From NCBI GenBank assembly GCA_038087875.1, contig CM075994.1:8124001-8188000 (forward strand): a DNA stretch of 64,000 nt, read 5' to 3'. Position 1 is the first letter of the stretch. The number at the start of each line of letters is the position of its first letter. The notes under the pieces were generated by a model. The model saw nothing but the letters and a program-made list of their open reading frames with translations. It searched no databases and was not told the DNA's origin. Positions 13,221 through 26,630 of this stretch are shown in pieces. The translations under genes were made by a program, and so were the position numbers. This DNA is from Malacoraja senta. Lineage: Eukaryota.

Positions 13221-15128
13221 CAGTGCATTCAGAAAGTATTCAGACCCCTTCACTTTTTCCACATTTTGTTACGTTACAGCCTAATAGCCCCATCCCACGG
13301 TACGAGTTCATTCCAAGAGCTCTCCTGAGTTTGCCCTGATTCGAACTCGGAGATTTGGCCGGTAATGGCCGCTCATCGGTACTCGGGGCTCTCGTGGACA
13401 TTTTTCAACGTTGAAAAATATTCACGAGTCTTCCCGTGTTACCTGCCATTAGCGAGTCTTCCCGAGTAGCTGCCGTTAGTGTTACGAGCCGCTAAGAGAC
13501 GTCCCCGAGCTCCGACGTACCCGCTACATTCATTCTCCGTGCTTACCACGAGTTTGGAATGAACTCGTACCGTGGGACAGGGCTATTATTCTAAAATGGA
13601 TTCAATTCACTTTTTTAATCATCAATCTACACATAATACCCATAATAAAGAAACAAAAACAGGTGTTTAGAAATGTTTGCAAAGTAATCAGAAAGAAATA
13701 ACTGAAATATCACATTTACTTAAATATTCAGACCCTTTGCTATGACACTCAAAATTGAGCTTAGGTGCATCCTGTTTCCATTGATTATCCTTGTGATGTT
13801 TCTACAACTCGATTGGAGTCCACCAGTGGTAAATTAAATTGATTGGACATGATTTGGAAAGGCACACACCTGTTTTTATAAGGTCCTACAGTTGACAGTG
13901 CATGTCAGAGGCAAAACCAAGCCATGAAGACGAAGGAATTGTCCGTAGACCTCCGACACAGGATTGTGTCGAGACACAGATCTGGGGAAGGGTATAAAAC
14001 AATTTCCGCAGCATTGCAGGTACTGAAGGGCACAGTGGCCTCCGTCATTCTTGAATGGAATAACTTTAAAACCACCAGGACTCTTCATAGAGCCGGCCGC
14101 CCGGCCCAAACTGAGCAATTGGGGGAGAAGGGCCTTGGTCAGGGAGGTGACCAAGAACCCGATGGTCACTCTGACAAAGCACCAATTCCTCTGTGGAGAT
14201 GGGAGAACCTTTCAGAAGGACAACTATATCTACAGCACTCGACCAATCAGGCCTTTATGGTAGAGTGGCCAGACGGAAGACACTCCTCAGTAAAAGGCAC
14301 ATGACAGCCCGCTTGGAGTTTGCCAAAAGGCACCTAAAGGACTGTCAGACATGAACTCTTTGGAATTGAACTCTTTGGCTTGAATGCCAAGCGTCACGTC
14401 TGGAGGAAACCAGGCACCGCTCATCACCTGGCCAATACCATACCTACGGTGAAGCATGGTGGTGGCAGCATCATGCTGTGGGGATGTTTTTCAGTGACAG
14501 GAACTGGGAATCTAGTCAGGATTGAGGGAAAGATGAACTGAGCAAAGTACAGTGAGATCCTTGACGAAAACCTGCTCCAGAGCGTTCCGGGGCGGAGGTT
14601 CACCTTCCAACAGGACAACGACCCTAAGCACACAGCCAAGACAACGCAGGAGTGGCTTTGTGACAAGTCTGTGAATGTCCTTGACTGACCCAGCCAGAGC
14701 CCGGACTTGAACCCGATCGAACATCTCTGGAGGGACCTGAAAATAGCTGTGCATCGACGCTCCCCATCCAACCTGACAGAGCTTGAGAGGATCTGCAGAG
14801 AAGAATGGGAGAAATGACCCAAATACAGATGTGCCAAGCATGTAGCGTCATACCCAAGAAGACTTGAGGCTGTAATCGCTGCCAAAGATGCCTCAACAAA
14901 GTATTGAGTAAAGGGTCTGAATACTTACAGTATGTACATGTGATACTCCAGTTATTTCTTTTTAATTAATTTGCAAAAATTTCTAAACACCTGTTTTTGC
15001 TTTTTTATTATGGGGTATTGTGTGTAGATTGGTGATTAGAAAAAAGAATTTAATCCATTTTAGAATAAGGTTGTAACATAACAAAATGTGGAAAAAGTGA
15101 AGGGGTCTGAATACTTTCTGAATGCACT
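13221..15128 (+). mobile_element. Tc1-family DNA transposon (IR/DR type), near full length; transposase pseudogene ~13924-14910
   Basis: Long inverted repeats starting [59 protein letters not shown] and [11 protein letters not shown] motifs; stops and frameshifts. Confidence 0.95.
13285..13585. mobile_element. Harbinger-like MITE nested in the Tc1 left inverted repeat; partial related copy at ~39132-39420
   Basis: TIR TAGCCC..TCCCACGGTACGAGTTCATTCCAA; TAA/TTA flanks. Confidence 0.85.
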
Positions 15129-15355
15129 CTCTTTTAAATTCATCCAGTGAATTGGCCTCTGCTGCCTTCTGTGGCAGAGAATTCCACAGATTCACAACTC
15201 TCTGGGTGAAAAAGATTTTTTCTCATCTCAGTTTTAATGGCCTCCCCTTATTCTTAGACTGTGGCCTCTGGTTATGGGCTCCCACCAACATTGGGAACAT
15301 TTTCCTGCATCTAGCTTGTCCAGTCCTTTTATAATTTTATACATTTCTATAAGAT

Positions 15356-15356
<1 letters not shown>

Positions 15357-15399
<43 letters not shown>

Positions 15400-15652
15400 T
15401 GAACTTTTCTTTTCTCGTTTATTATATATTTAAATATACACACGCTACACACACACATATATATATATATGTGTATATATGTATATGTATATATATATGT
15501 GTATATATGTGTGTGTATATATATGTGTGTATATATATGTGTGTATATATATATATATGTGTATATATATATATGTGTATATATATATATGTGTGTATAT
15601 ATATATGTGTATATATATATATATATATGTGTATATATATGTATATGTGTAT
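15357..15652. repeat. (TA)n/(TG)n microsatellite
   Basis: direct inspection. Confidence 0.95.
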
Positions 15653-16084
15653 AACGTTTTTAAAAAAACATTTAGATAAGTACATGGATAGGACAGGTTT
15701 AGAGGGATAAGGTGACTAAGGGTAAGGTGTGAAAATGAGACAAAGGTGATGGAGATCAAGGAAAATGTAGAATAGATCATTGTTAGAAAGGAAAAGGTGA
15801 CAACGAAGCAAACAGAGGTAAAATGTATTTGGGCGGACAGTCAGACTGGTCGGAGAACTGGGGAGGGATGGAGAGAGAGGGAAAGCAAGGAGAAAGTCAG
15901 GAAAGTCAATGTTCATACCGCTGGGGTGTAAGCTGCCCAAGCAAAATATGAGGCGCTGTTCACTCTGACAGTGGAGGAGGCCCAGGACAGAAAGGTCAGT
16001 GTGGGAATCTGAAGGGAATTAAAGTGTTTAGCAACCTGGGAGATCAGGTATGTTTAGGCGGAAAGAGCGGAGGTGTTCAGTGAA

Positions 16085-18960
16085 ACTAAACTAAACCAAA
16101 CCAAACCGAACCGAGCCGAACTGAACCAATCCAACCCATCCCAAAATCCAACCCAAGTCAACCCAACCCAACCCATCACAAAACCCAACCCAAGCCCAAC
16201 CCAAGTCAATGCAACCCAACCCAACCCAACACAACCCAAGTCAACCCAAGTCAACCCAACCCAACCCAGTTCAATCCAACCCGGTTCAATCCAACCCAAC
16301 CCAACACAACCCAACTCAACTCAACCCAACTCAACTCAACCCAACCCAACTCAACCCAACCCAACTCAACCCAACCCAACCCAACCCAACTCAACCCAAC
16401 CGAACTGTTATACGAGAATTTTGTCTGATCAGTCTGTGACCCATAGCGCTATGTTTAAAGCCCATAGCGCTGTGGCCGGTAGCGCTTATTTAGAACCATG
16501 GCAGTACAGCCGACAGTGATTTGTTTCAAGCCCCACGCGCTAAGCGGACAGCGCTCTGTTTAAACCTTTGCGAGCCAAGTCTGTAGCGCTGTGTGTATTA
16601 CCTTGCGCACCAAGTCGGCGGCTGATAGCGTTTGTTTCCAAAGGTGGGGGGGGGGTGGGGGGGGCATGTTCGGATGCAGTTCCCTTCCATTGGTTGTAAT
16701 TCAAATTTGGGAGCAGCGCTATTGGCCAGGACCTATCGGTGGTCATTTCAATAACTGATTTCTGCCGGTATAAAGGCAGGCGCCAGTAAGCCATAAGGTA
16801 GTTCTTGACAGAGAGAGGTTCACTGATGGGCTGGGTTGCGATCAGCACCGCACCGCGGATGGAGGCCAAGAGTGAGGAGGGTGTGCTGCTGTAAGACGGG
16901 CCCCACGCATGCCAAGATAAGTATTGTTTTTATTCTCCCTCATGCCAATAAAACTGATTCGTAACTTAACAGATGAGTGTCTTTTTTCTGTTCTACTAGT
17001 CAGATCCTTGAACCTGTTCCCTTGTAACCCCAACCCAAACTAACCCAACCCAACACAACCCCACATAACACCAAAAACCCAACGCAACCCAACCCAACCC
17101 AACCCAACATAACCCAAAAACTCCAACACAACCCAACATAACCCAACCCAACATAACTCAATGCATCCTAACCCAACCCAACCCAATTTAACCCAAACCA
17201 ACTCAACCTAACCCAACCCAACATAACCCAACCCAACCAATATAACCTAACCCAACCCAACCCAACCCAACCCAACCCAACATAACCCAACCCAACCCAA
17301 CATAAACCAACCCAACCCAACATAACCCAACCCAACCCAACCCAACCCAACCCAACATAACCCAACCCAACCCAACATAACCCAGCCCAACCCAACCCAG
17401 CCCAACCCAACATAACCCAACCCAACAAGCCCAACCCAAAATAACCCAACCCAACCCAACATAACCCAACCCAACATCACCCTACCCAACCCAACCCAAC
17501 CCAACCCAACATAACCCAACCCAACATAACCCAACCCAACCCAACCCAACATAACCCAACCCAACATAACCCAACCCAACCCAACCCAACCCAACATAAC
17601 CCAACCCAACCCAACCCAACATAACCCAACCCAACATAACCCAACCCAACAAGCCCAACCCAAAATAACCCAACCCAACCCAACATAACCCAACCCAACA
17701 TCACCCTACCCAACCCAACCCAACATAACCCAACCCAACATAACCCAACCCAACCCAACAAGCCCAACCCAAAATAACCCAACCCAACCCAACCCAACAT
17801 AACCCAACCCAACCCAACATAACCCAACCCAACCCAACATAACCCAACCCAACATCACCCTACCCAACCCAACGCAACCCAACCCAACATAACCCAACCC
17901 AACATAACCCAACCCAACCCAACAAGCCCAACCCAACATAACCCAACCCAACATAACCCAACCCAACCCAACAAGCCCAACCCACAATAACCCAACCCAA
18001 CTCAACCCAACCCAACATAACCCAACCCAACCCAACATAACCCAACCCAACATAACCCAACCCAACATAACCCAACATAACCCAACCCAACCCAACATAA
18101 CCCAACCCAACATAACCCAACACAACCCAACCCAACATAACCCAACCCAACCCAACATAACCCAACCCAACATAACCCAACCCAACCCAACAAGCCCAAC
18201 CCAACCCAACATAACCCAACCCAACATAACCCAACCCAACCCAACAAGCCCAACCCAACATAACCCAACCCAACCCAACATAACCCAACCCAACCCAACA
18301 TAACCCAACCCAACATAACCCAACCCAACATAACCCAACCCAACATAACCCAACCCAACATAACCCAACCCAACCCAACAAGCCCAACCCAACCCAACAT
18401 AACCCAACCCAACCCAACCCAACATAACCCAACCCAACCCAACAAGCCCAACCCAACCCAACATAACCCAACCCAACCCAACCCTACATAACCCAACCCA
18501 ACCCAACATAACCCAACCCAACCCAACATAACCCAACCCAACCCAACCCAACATAGCCCAACCCAACCCAACATAACCCAACCCAACCCAACCCTACATA
18601 GCCCAACCCAACCCAACATAACCCAACCCAACCCAACCCTACATAACCCAACCCAACCCAACATAACCCAACCCAACCCAACCCAACAAGCCCAACCCAA
18701 CCCAACATAACCCAACCCAACCCTACATAACCCAACCCAACCCAACCCAACAAGCCTAACCCAACCCAACATAACCCAACCCAACCCAACATAACGCAAC
18801 CCAACCCTACATAACCCAACCCAACCCAACCCAACAAGCCTAACCCAACCCAACATAACCCAACCCAACCCAACCCAACCCAACAAGCCCAACCCAACCC
18901 AACATAACCTAACCCAACAAGCCTAACCCAACCCAACATAACCCAACCCAACCCAACCAA
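16085..18960. repeat. (CCAAC)n pentanucleotide satellite with ATAAC/AAGCC variants, split by a solo LTR
   Basis: direct inspection. Confidence 0.97.
16406..17029 (+). mobile_element. Solo LTR (Gypsy/ERV-like)
   Basis: TGTTA...TGTAAC ends; ATTGG boxes; TATAAA at 16769; AATAAA at 16947; imperfect CGAAC/CCAAC TSD. Confidence 0.75.
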
Positions 18961-18995
18961 ACGTGCCCTGATGGTTCTTGTGTCGCCCTGTGCAG

Positions 18996-19190
18996 GTACT
19001 CGGTAAGGGCAGGACGCTGGACATCCAAAGGGTGGAGAGAACGTCAGAGACCTCGTTTGAGCTGCTCATCACCACAGCCATGGTGCCTTATTTCCGCATC
19101 GTGGCTTATTACCCCGTGAACAACGGACGAAGGTGGAGCATTGTGGCCGACTCAGTGCGTGTGGAAGCGGAGAGTCTATGTGATACCAAG
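18996..19190 (+). CDS. Gene A exon (exon 13 equivalent, MG5): VLGKGRTLDIQR...MVPYFRIVAYY...IVADSVRVEAESLCDTK
   Basis: ctgtgcag| ... AAG|gtgggc; phase 0-0; PxFRxVAYY and VADSV motifs; retains the interchain-disulfide Cys. Confidence 0.95.
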
Positions 19191-19751
19191 GTGGGCCTCA
19201 CACCATCCTGTTTTCCATGTATGGGGGCGACAATATAGATTGGGGGAACTGCGGGGCGTGGGGGACTGGCAGAGGACTGGGAATCATCGAGTCTACTCTC
19301 GTTTAGTTTAGAGACACAACACGGAAACAGACCCTTCAGCCCAACTTGCCCACGCCAACCAACATGCCCCACCTACACGAGTCCCACCTGCCTGCGTTTG
19401 GCCCATATCCCTCCAAACCTGTCGTATCAATGTACCTGTCCAAATGTTTCTTAAACGTTATGACAGTATGTTGGTACGATGGAACGAAGAACGATGCATC
19501 ACAGGAACAGGCCTTTCGGCCCAATATGCCGGTGCTGTACATGATAGCAGTGCAAGAGGTCCTTAGTGTTCCATTGCCAAGGGTACATAAGATGCTACAT
19601 ATCCGTGTGCCCACCCATCTAAATGCCTCAAACTCCACTGTTGTATCTGCCTCCACCACCACCCCTGGCAGGGAGTTCCAGGCCCCCGCCACCCTCTGTG
19701 TAAAAGAACTTGCCCCGCACATCTCCTTTAAACTTTACCCCTCTCACCATA

Positions 19752-20770
19752 AGGTAGGTATGCTACAATACTTACCTTCAGCGGCGCTGCAATTCTGCCA
19801 CTGGCCGTGTGCGCGATTTTGGCGCCTTTAAGGGGGGGGGCGGGGTTAAAACGCGGGTTTATCCTACCTTGTCCTGTATTATATTTCGTTGGAGTACAAG
19901 CGTTTGCTGAAAAATTGTTCCTAGGGGCGTTTTGTGTATTTTTTATTTTTATTAAATCGACAATGTCAGCGCTGGAGTTATTTTAAAATCAGCTCCTGAA
20001 GCGTCAACGCCGATAATGGGGACGGATTTCACACACGGGACAGGTAAACGAAAGTGGTTTATTTTAATGTATAAAAGTGCTTCTTAAGAAGCCTTTAATT
20101 CATATTTTTTAAAGGCGAAACGGTGATTTTTTCCCCGAACTAACGGCAGAATTTTTCATGCCGATACGGGGTTAAATTCACCGCAAATCAACGTTCCAAA
20201 TGATTGCGTTCCAGAAATCCTCACTCGCAAAATGATTTAAATGCCCATTAATTTACAGGTATTAAACATTCAATTCCTTCCATTTGGCCTGTAAATCCAT
20301 GACAATGAGATTTAAAAATTATGTTATATTGTGAATTCTTGTGTGAATGTTATTTGGACACTTAGGCTATTTAAAAATGTTAATCTATTCTTAAGAAATT
20401 GATAGATGTTTAGATCTAGTAATTGAATTTTGTAATTAGCTACAATTAGGTTTAATTATATGCTTTAATTTCATGTCTTCTAAGTAAGATTGTTTCATAT
20501 TTGTTTCAGAATGCTTCAATCTATAATAACTGAAAATTTCTTTCAGTTCTCTTAATTTTTAAGAAAGTTATGGGCTTTTGACTGTCCTCGATCACAGCTT
20601 TTATGTTAAGTCAATGAAAAAGCAATAGGGAACAAGATGCTAATTTCCGAGTATGAAAATGGCCATAACTTTTTTAATACTGAAGATATGAAAGTGAATT
20701 AGGTGTCAAATTAAACTTCTTTTTATGCTTTTTCTGATGGGATACATCAGAAAAAGCTATGTCCTCTAGT
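19752..20770. mobile_element. AT-rich insertion, probably a non-autonomous DNA transposon fragment (unclassified)
   Basis: Abrupt composition change that interrupts a CR1 fragment; second terminus not identified. Confidence 0.4.
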
Positions 20771-21751
20771 CTTTCACATGGGGCAGAGCATGATGAGATG
20801 GAAACTCCCACATCCCAAAGATGTGCAGGCCTGTAGGGTAATCGTCCCTCTGTAAAATTGCCCCCTCGTGTGTAGAGAGTGTATGACAATAGACAACAGG
20901 TGCGGGAGTAGGCCATTCGGCCCTTCGAGCCAGCACCGCCATTCAATGTGATCATGACTGATCATCCACAATCAGTACCCCGTTCCTGCCTTCTCCCCGC
21001 ATCCCCTGACTCCGCTAACTCTCTTGAAAGAATCCAGAGAATTGGCCTCCACTGCCTTCTGAGGCAGAGAATTCCACAGATTCACAACTCTCTGGGTGAA
21101 AATGTTTTTCCTCATCTCCGTTCTATATGGCCTACCCCTTATTCTTAAGCTGTGACCCCTGGTTCTGGACTCCCCCAACATCGGGAACATGTTTCCTGCC
21201 TCTAGCTTGTCCGAACCCTTAATAATGAGAATATGGGATAACGTAGAATTGGTCTTCCTGTGCCGAACATGATGCCGTTAAACTAATCTCCTCTGCCTGA
21301 TGTGATCCATGTCCCTCCATTCCCTGTGTATCCATGTGTCTATTTAAGAGCCTCTTAAACGCCACTATCGTATCTGCCTCCACCACCGATTGTTGGCATG
21401 GACACAATGGGCTGAAGGGCCTGTTTCCCTCCCACATCCGAGGTTTGTATTTCAATTGGCCCTCTGTAAATTGCCCGCTAGTGTTTAGTGCATGGATGTG
21501 GAAGTAGTAACATAGAACTAGTGCGAGCGGGTGATCACTGCTCGGCGTGGGCTCGGTGGGCCGAAGGGCCTGTTTCCGTGCTGTATCTCTAAACTTAACT
21601 AAACTAAACTGAACAAAACTAGTGTGTAGGATAGTGCTGGTGTACGGGGCGATCGATGGTCAGTGCGGACGCGGTGGGCCGAAGGGTCTGTTTCCGCACT
21701 GTATCTCTAAACTAAACTGGTGTATAAGATAGTGTTAGTGTACGAGGTGAT

Positions 21752-22273
21752 TAGGGATGCCAACTTCCTCACTCCCAAATAAGGGACAAAAGGTCAAAAT
21801 ACGGGACAAATTCCCCACGGCAATTCGTTGAGCAACTTGGCCGTGTCTGGGTGAATGATGAGTTGGCCCGGGTGCTGGACTACACACAAAGCCCAGCCGG
21901 CGGGGCCAGCTGAGGAGTTTTGGCCCCGGGGGCCGCGCGCAAAGTCCGGCGCCCCATCCAACTCATGAACCGACGATCGGCCATGAGAAGGAGGGGTGGT
22001 GGTGTCGGCGGTAAGCGAAGGTCCGAAGGTCGGACAGCTGGCCGGGCTGCCGTCCGACGGGGCCACGGGCGAGGCGCTGCTGCTGCTGCACTCCATGGGC
22101 TGCACTACGTCGGGACGGGTGAGGCAGGGCCGGACGCGGTGCACCGACCCGACAGTCCCCTCGACACAAGTAGTAGCAGTCAATTACAGGACAAGGGCGG
22201 TCCCGTACAGGACAAGCCAATTTAGGCCAATATACGGGATGTCCCGGCTAATACGGGACAGTTGGCAACCCTA
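21752..22273. mobile_element. hAT-like MITE, complete
   Basis: TIR TAGGG(A/T)TGCCAAC; 8-bp TSD GAGGTGAT/GGGGTGAT. Confidence 0.9.
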
Positions 22274-22474
22274 GGGGTGATCGCTGGTCGGCGCAGACTC
22301 GGTGGGCTGAAGGGCCCGTTTCCGCACTGTATCTCTAAACTAAACTAAACTAGTGTGTAGGGTAGTGCTAGTGTGCGGGGATCGCTGGTCGGCAAGGGCT
22401 GGCTGGGCCGAAGGGCCTGTTTCTGCGCTGTATCTCCAAGGTCTAAAGACTGATTGTGATTCTGGACAATCCGG

Positions 22475-23190
22475 TGTTGCTCGCTGCCTCCGCCCACGGT
22501 CTGGCTGTCTTTTTTAAATGTTGTTATGTTTAGAGTGTTTTTTTCGGTATTTTATGTGGGGGGAAGCGGGTAGGGTAAGGGTGAAACCGTCCGTCAGTCG
22601 CTTCCTGGCGAGGATGCAGCTATTATCCGAGTTGCGTCCTGGCCCCCCCACCCTCGCGGCCTACCAGCTGGATTGGCGCGGCCTTTCCTGCCGGACCGGA
22701 CCAGAGCTTCAGCTGCGGCAGCGAGGCGCTGGAAACATCGCGGAGCGGGCCAGGCCTTCCTGGGATCGCCGCTTGGAGCTCCGGAGTATTGGGCCGCTGC
22801 TCCAACAACGCGGGTGGCGCTGACGTTAACATCGCGGAGTCCTGGGACCCTTTGCCGGGAGTCGCCAGCGCGAATCGCCGCCCAGCGCGGCCTGTGGACA
22901 TCGGGAGCCGCGGACTCCGGTGGAAGGTGGCCGACGAGAGGTTCCCAGCCCCGACCACGGGTGAACATTGGGGAACATCAGCAAGGAGTTTGACTGGACT
23001 TAAGTTCCTTCCCTCACAGTGGGGAACTTTGGTGCTACTGTGGGGATGTTTGTGTTGTGGACTACTGTGTTCTGTGGTTTGTGTTTTTTTTTATTTTATT
23101 TTTTAGTCTGACTAAGGGAAAAAGAATTTTGTTGACTCTTCATTGAAGACAATGACAATAAATTAAATTAAATCAAATCAAATCAAATCG
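22475..23190 (+). mobile_element. GC-rich non-coding retroposon (related to ~49085-49785)
   Basis: CCCTCACAGTGGG motif; ends AATGACAATAAA plus (AAATC)n. Confidence 0.65.
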
Positions 23191-23204
23191 ATTCCCAGTT
23201 TCAG

Positions 23205-23345
23205 GTGCACTCGGTGTCCCACCTGCCGGATCTTCACCAGCTCCAGCTGACGGTCCTGTCTGACACTCCAGCCCAGATCTTCGTGAAGACCACGGATATG
23301 AGGCTGAAGCCTTGGGAGGGAGACGACTCCATCACCCACAGGAGG
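23205..23345 (+). CDS. Gene A exon (exon 14 equivalent, MG6-beta/LNK): VHSVSHLPDLHQLQLTVLSDTPAQIFVKTTDMRLKPWEGDDSITHRR
   Basis: tttcag| (alternative in-frame acceptor giving start 23199) ... AGG|gtaagg; phase 0-0; divergent but in the expected position. Confidence 0.8.
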
Positions 23346-23419
23346 GTAAGGTCACCACAAAGACCGCAGAGAGAGAGAGTCTCTATGACTCTGTGACTCA
23401 ATGACAATGTCTCTTTGTA

Positions 23420-23898
23420 TCCATGTCTCTGTGTCTCTGTATCTCTGTATCTCTGTGTCTCTGTGTCTCTGGGTCTCTGTAACTGTGTCTCTGTATCTCT
23501 GTGACTCTGTCTCTGTGTCTCTGTGTCTCTGTGACTCTGTCTCTGTGACTCTGTGTCTCTGTGTCGCTGTGTCTCTGTGTCTCTGTGTCTCTGTGACTCT
23601 GTGTCTCTGTGTCTCTGTGTCTCTGTGTCTCTGTGACTCTGTGACTCTGTGTCGCTGTGTCTCTGTGTCTCTGTCTCTCTGTGTCTCTGTGTCTCTGTGT
23701 CTCTGTGTCGCTGTGTCTCTGTGTCTCTGTGTCTCTGTGACTCTGTGTCTCTGTGTCTCTGTGTCTCTGTGTCTCTGTGTCTCTGTGTCTCTGTGACTCT
23801 GTGACTCTGTGTCTCTGTGTCGCTGTGTCTCTGTGTCTCTGTCTCTCTGTGTCTCTGTGTCTCTGTGTCTCTGTGACTCTGTGACTCTGTGACTCTGT
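23420..23898. repeat. (TGTGTCTC)n octamer microsatellite
   Basis: direct inspection. Confidence 0.95.
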
Positions 23899-24591
23899 GA
23901 AGGTCCTGTCCCACTTGGCGATTTTTTCGGCGACTGCCGGCGTCATATCAGTGTCGCCCAAAGATTTTGAACATTTCAAAATCCAGCGGCGACAAAAAAA
24001 TGTTGCGACACTTGAAAAAACGCCGAGCGTCAATACGTCATCATGCCGCGTCATACGTCATCACGCCGCACATTTTTCGGTGACCTGATACGTCAGTAAA
24101 TGATGCCAGCAGTCGCCGAAAAAATCGCCGTGCGACAGGCACTTTATAGAGACAGTTTAAGGCCCTGTCCCACTTAGGCTATTTTTAGGCGATAGCCGGC
24201 GACTGTCATGGTCGTAGCAAGTCGCTGAAAAACCAGCGACTGGACCCCGCCTACGACATAAAATTTGAAATAGAATAATTTCTTTAACGACAAAATCGAA
24301 GTCAGCACCGGTGACAACCTATGTCACCTGGCGACAACCTACGTTAACTTGGCGACAACTACGACAGCACCTACCTCAGGAGAAGTCAAGCTACACTCAT
24401 TGGCGTCAAACCCACTGTCGGCAATTTTTTTTTCAACATGTTGAAAATCCAGCGGCCACCAGAAAGACGCTACGACTCTTTGGGACGACTGAGGAGACTA
24501 CTCATGACCATACAGGCGACACCCAAGCAACCATGTGGCGACGGCCTAGTCGCCTGTAGTCGCCTAAAAAAGCGCCTAAGTGGGACAGGCT
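23899..24591. mobile_element. Two adjacent Harbinger-like MITEs (~23899-24143 and ~24160-24591)
   Basis: CCTGTCCCACTT termini; the first is homologous to 4529-4765. Confidence 0.75.
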
Positions 24592-25335
24592 AAGAGTCTC
24601 AGTGGATGAGTCTAAGAGTCTGTGTAAGAGTGTCTAAAAGAGTCTTAACGTCAGAGAGAGTCCAAGAGTCATGGAGTCAGACAGCTTGGAAGCGGGCCTA
24701 TCCCACCTTGCCCACACTGACCAACATGGCCCATCTACAAATGCCCCACCTGTCCGCACATGGGCTATATCCCTCTAAATCGTTCATATTCATGTACCTG
24801 TCCAAATACCTCTCAAACATTGTTTAGTTTAGTTCAGAGATACAGCGCGGAAACAGGCCCGTCGGCCCACCTGGTCCTCGCCGACATTAACACCATCCTA
24901 CACCCGCTGGGGACAATTTTTACATTTACCAAGCCAATTAACTTACAAACCTTTGGAGTGTGGGAGGAAACCGAAGATCCCGGAGAAAACCCACGGGGAG
25001 AACGTACAAACTCCATACAGACAGCACCCGTAGTCGGGATCGAACCCGGGTCTCCGGCGCTGCATTCGCTGTAAAGCAGCAACTCTACCGCTGCGCCACC
25101 GTGGCCGCCGGTTGTTCCTCAGCTACCTCCTCTGGCGGCTCGTTCCACACACCCGCCACCCTCTGTGTATAAAAGTTGCCCCTCAGGTTCCTATTAAATC
25201 TTGCCCCCCGCCCCCCTCACCTTAAACCTATGGAGAAAGACACCACATGCTGGAGTAAACCCTCTGTCAGGCAGCTTCTCTGGAGAGAAGGAAAAGGTGA
25301 CTAAAGAAATTCCTCCTCAACTCTTTACTAAAGGT

Positions 25336-26424
25336 CACTCTATCCACTACAAACCTACCGACTCCCATGGCTATCTGGACTACACTTCTTCCCACCCTGC
25401 TTCCTGTAAGGACTCCATCCCCCACTCCCAATTCCTCCGTCTACGCCGCATCTGCTCCCAGGATGAGGTGTTCCACACCAGGGCATCCGAAATGTCCTCA
25501 TTCTTCAGGGAACGGGGGTTCCCCACCTCCACCATAGATGAGGCGCGCACCAGGGTCTCTGCCATACCCCGCAACACTGCTCTCCCTCCCCACCCCCCCA
25601 CTCACAACAAGGGCAGAGTCCCCCTAGTCCTCACCTTTCACCCCACCAGCCGTCACATACAACAAGTGATCCTCCGTCAGTTTCGCCACCTCCAACGTGA
25701 CCCCACCACTCGCCACATCTTCCCATCTCCCCCCATGTCTGCGTTCCGCAAAGACCGCTCCCTCCGTAACTCCCTTGTCAATTCTTCCCTTCCCTCCCAT
25801 ACCACCCCCTCCCCTGGTACTTTCCCTTGCAACCGCAAGAGATGCAACACTTGTCCCTTCACCTCCCCCCTCGACTACATTCAGGGACCTAAGCAGTCAT
25901 TTCAGGTGCGACAGAGGTTCACCTGCATCTCCTCCAACCTCATCTATTGCATCTGCTGCTCTAGATGCCAGCTGATCTACATCGGTGAGACCAAGCGGAG
26001 GCTTGGCGATCGTTTCGCCGAACACCTCCGGTCGGTCCGCAATAACCAACCTGGCTCAGCACTTCAACTCCCCCTCCCATTCCGTATCTGACCTCTCTGT
26101 CCTGGGTCTCCTCCATGGCCACAGCGAGCAACACCGGAAATTGGAGGAAAAGCACCTCATATTCCGCTTGGGCAGTCTACATCCTGGGGGCTTGAACATT
26201 GAATTCTCCCAATTCTGCTAGCCCTTGCTGTCCCCTCCCCTTCATCAGCCCTCTGGTTGTCTCCTCCCCTCCCCCAGCCGTCGGGCTCCTCCTCCGCCTT
26301 TTTTCCTTTCTTCTCCCCACCCCCTATCAGTCTGAAGAAGGGTTTCGGCCCGAAACGTTGCCTATTTCCTTCGCTCCATAGATGCTGCTGCACCCGCTGA
26401 GTTTCTCCAGCATTTTTGTGTACT
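25336..26424 (+). mobile_element. Penelope-like element, 5'-truncated (RT thumb plus GIY-YIG endonuclease)
   Basis: YKPTDSHGYLDYTSSHP; IYCICCSRCQLIYIGETKRRLGDRFAEH; 12-bp direct repeat TTTACTAAAGGT on both flanks. Confidence 0.92.
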
Positions 26425-26630
26425 TTTACTAAAGGTAAGTCCTTTAATTCTGAGTCTGTGCCCTTTGGTTCTGGACTGATGGAAATATCCTCTCTACATA
26501 CACTCCATCCAGGCTCCAGCGAGGTACACTATTCATTTTACCTCGGTACACGTGACAATCATAAACTGAACTAAAAATAAAAATGAAAACCAAGAAATTG
26601 GTGTGATAAGCTGCTCTCTGTTTGGCCCAG

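Noticed and set aside
16054..18960. LGWVG/NPTQP repeat ORFs
   Set aside because: Translations of the (CCAAC)n satellite.
23234..24054. RHRDTETQ repeat ORFs
   Set aside because: Octamer microsatellite.
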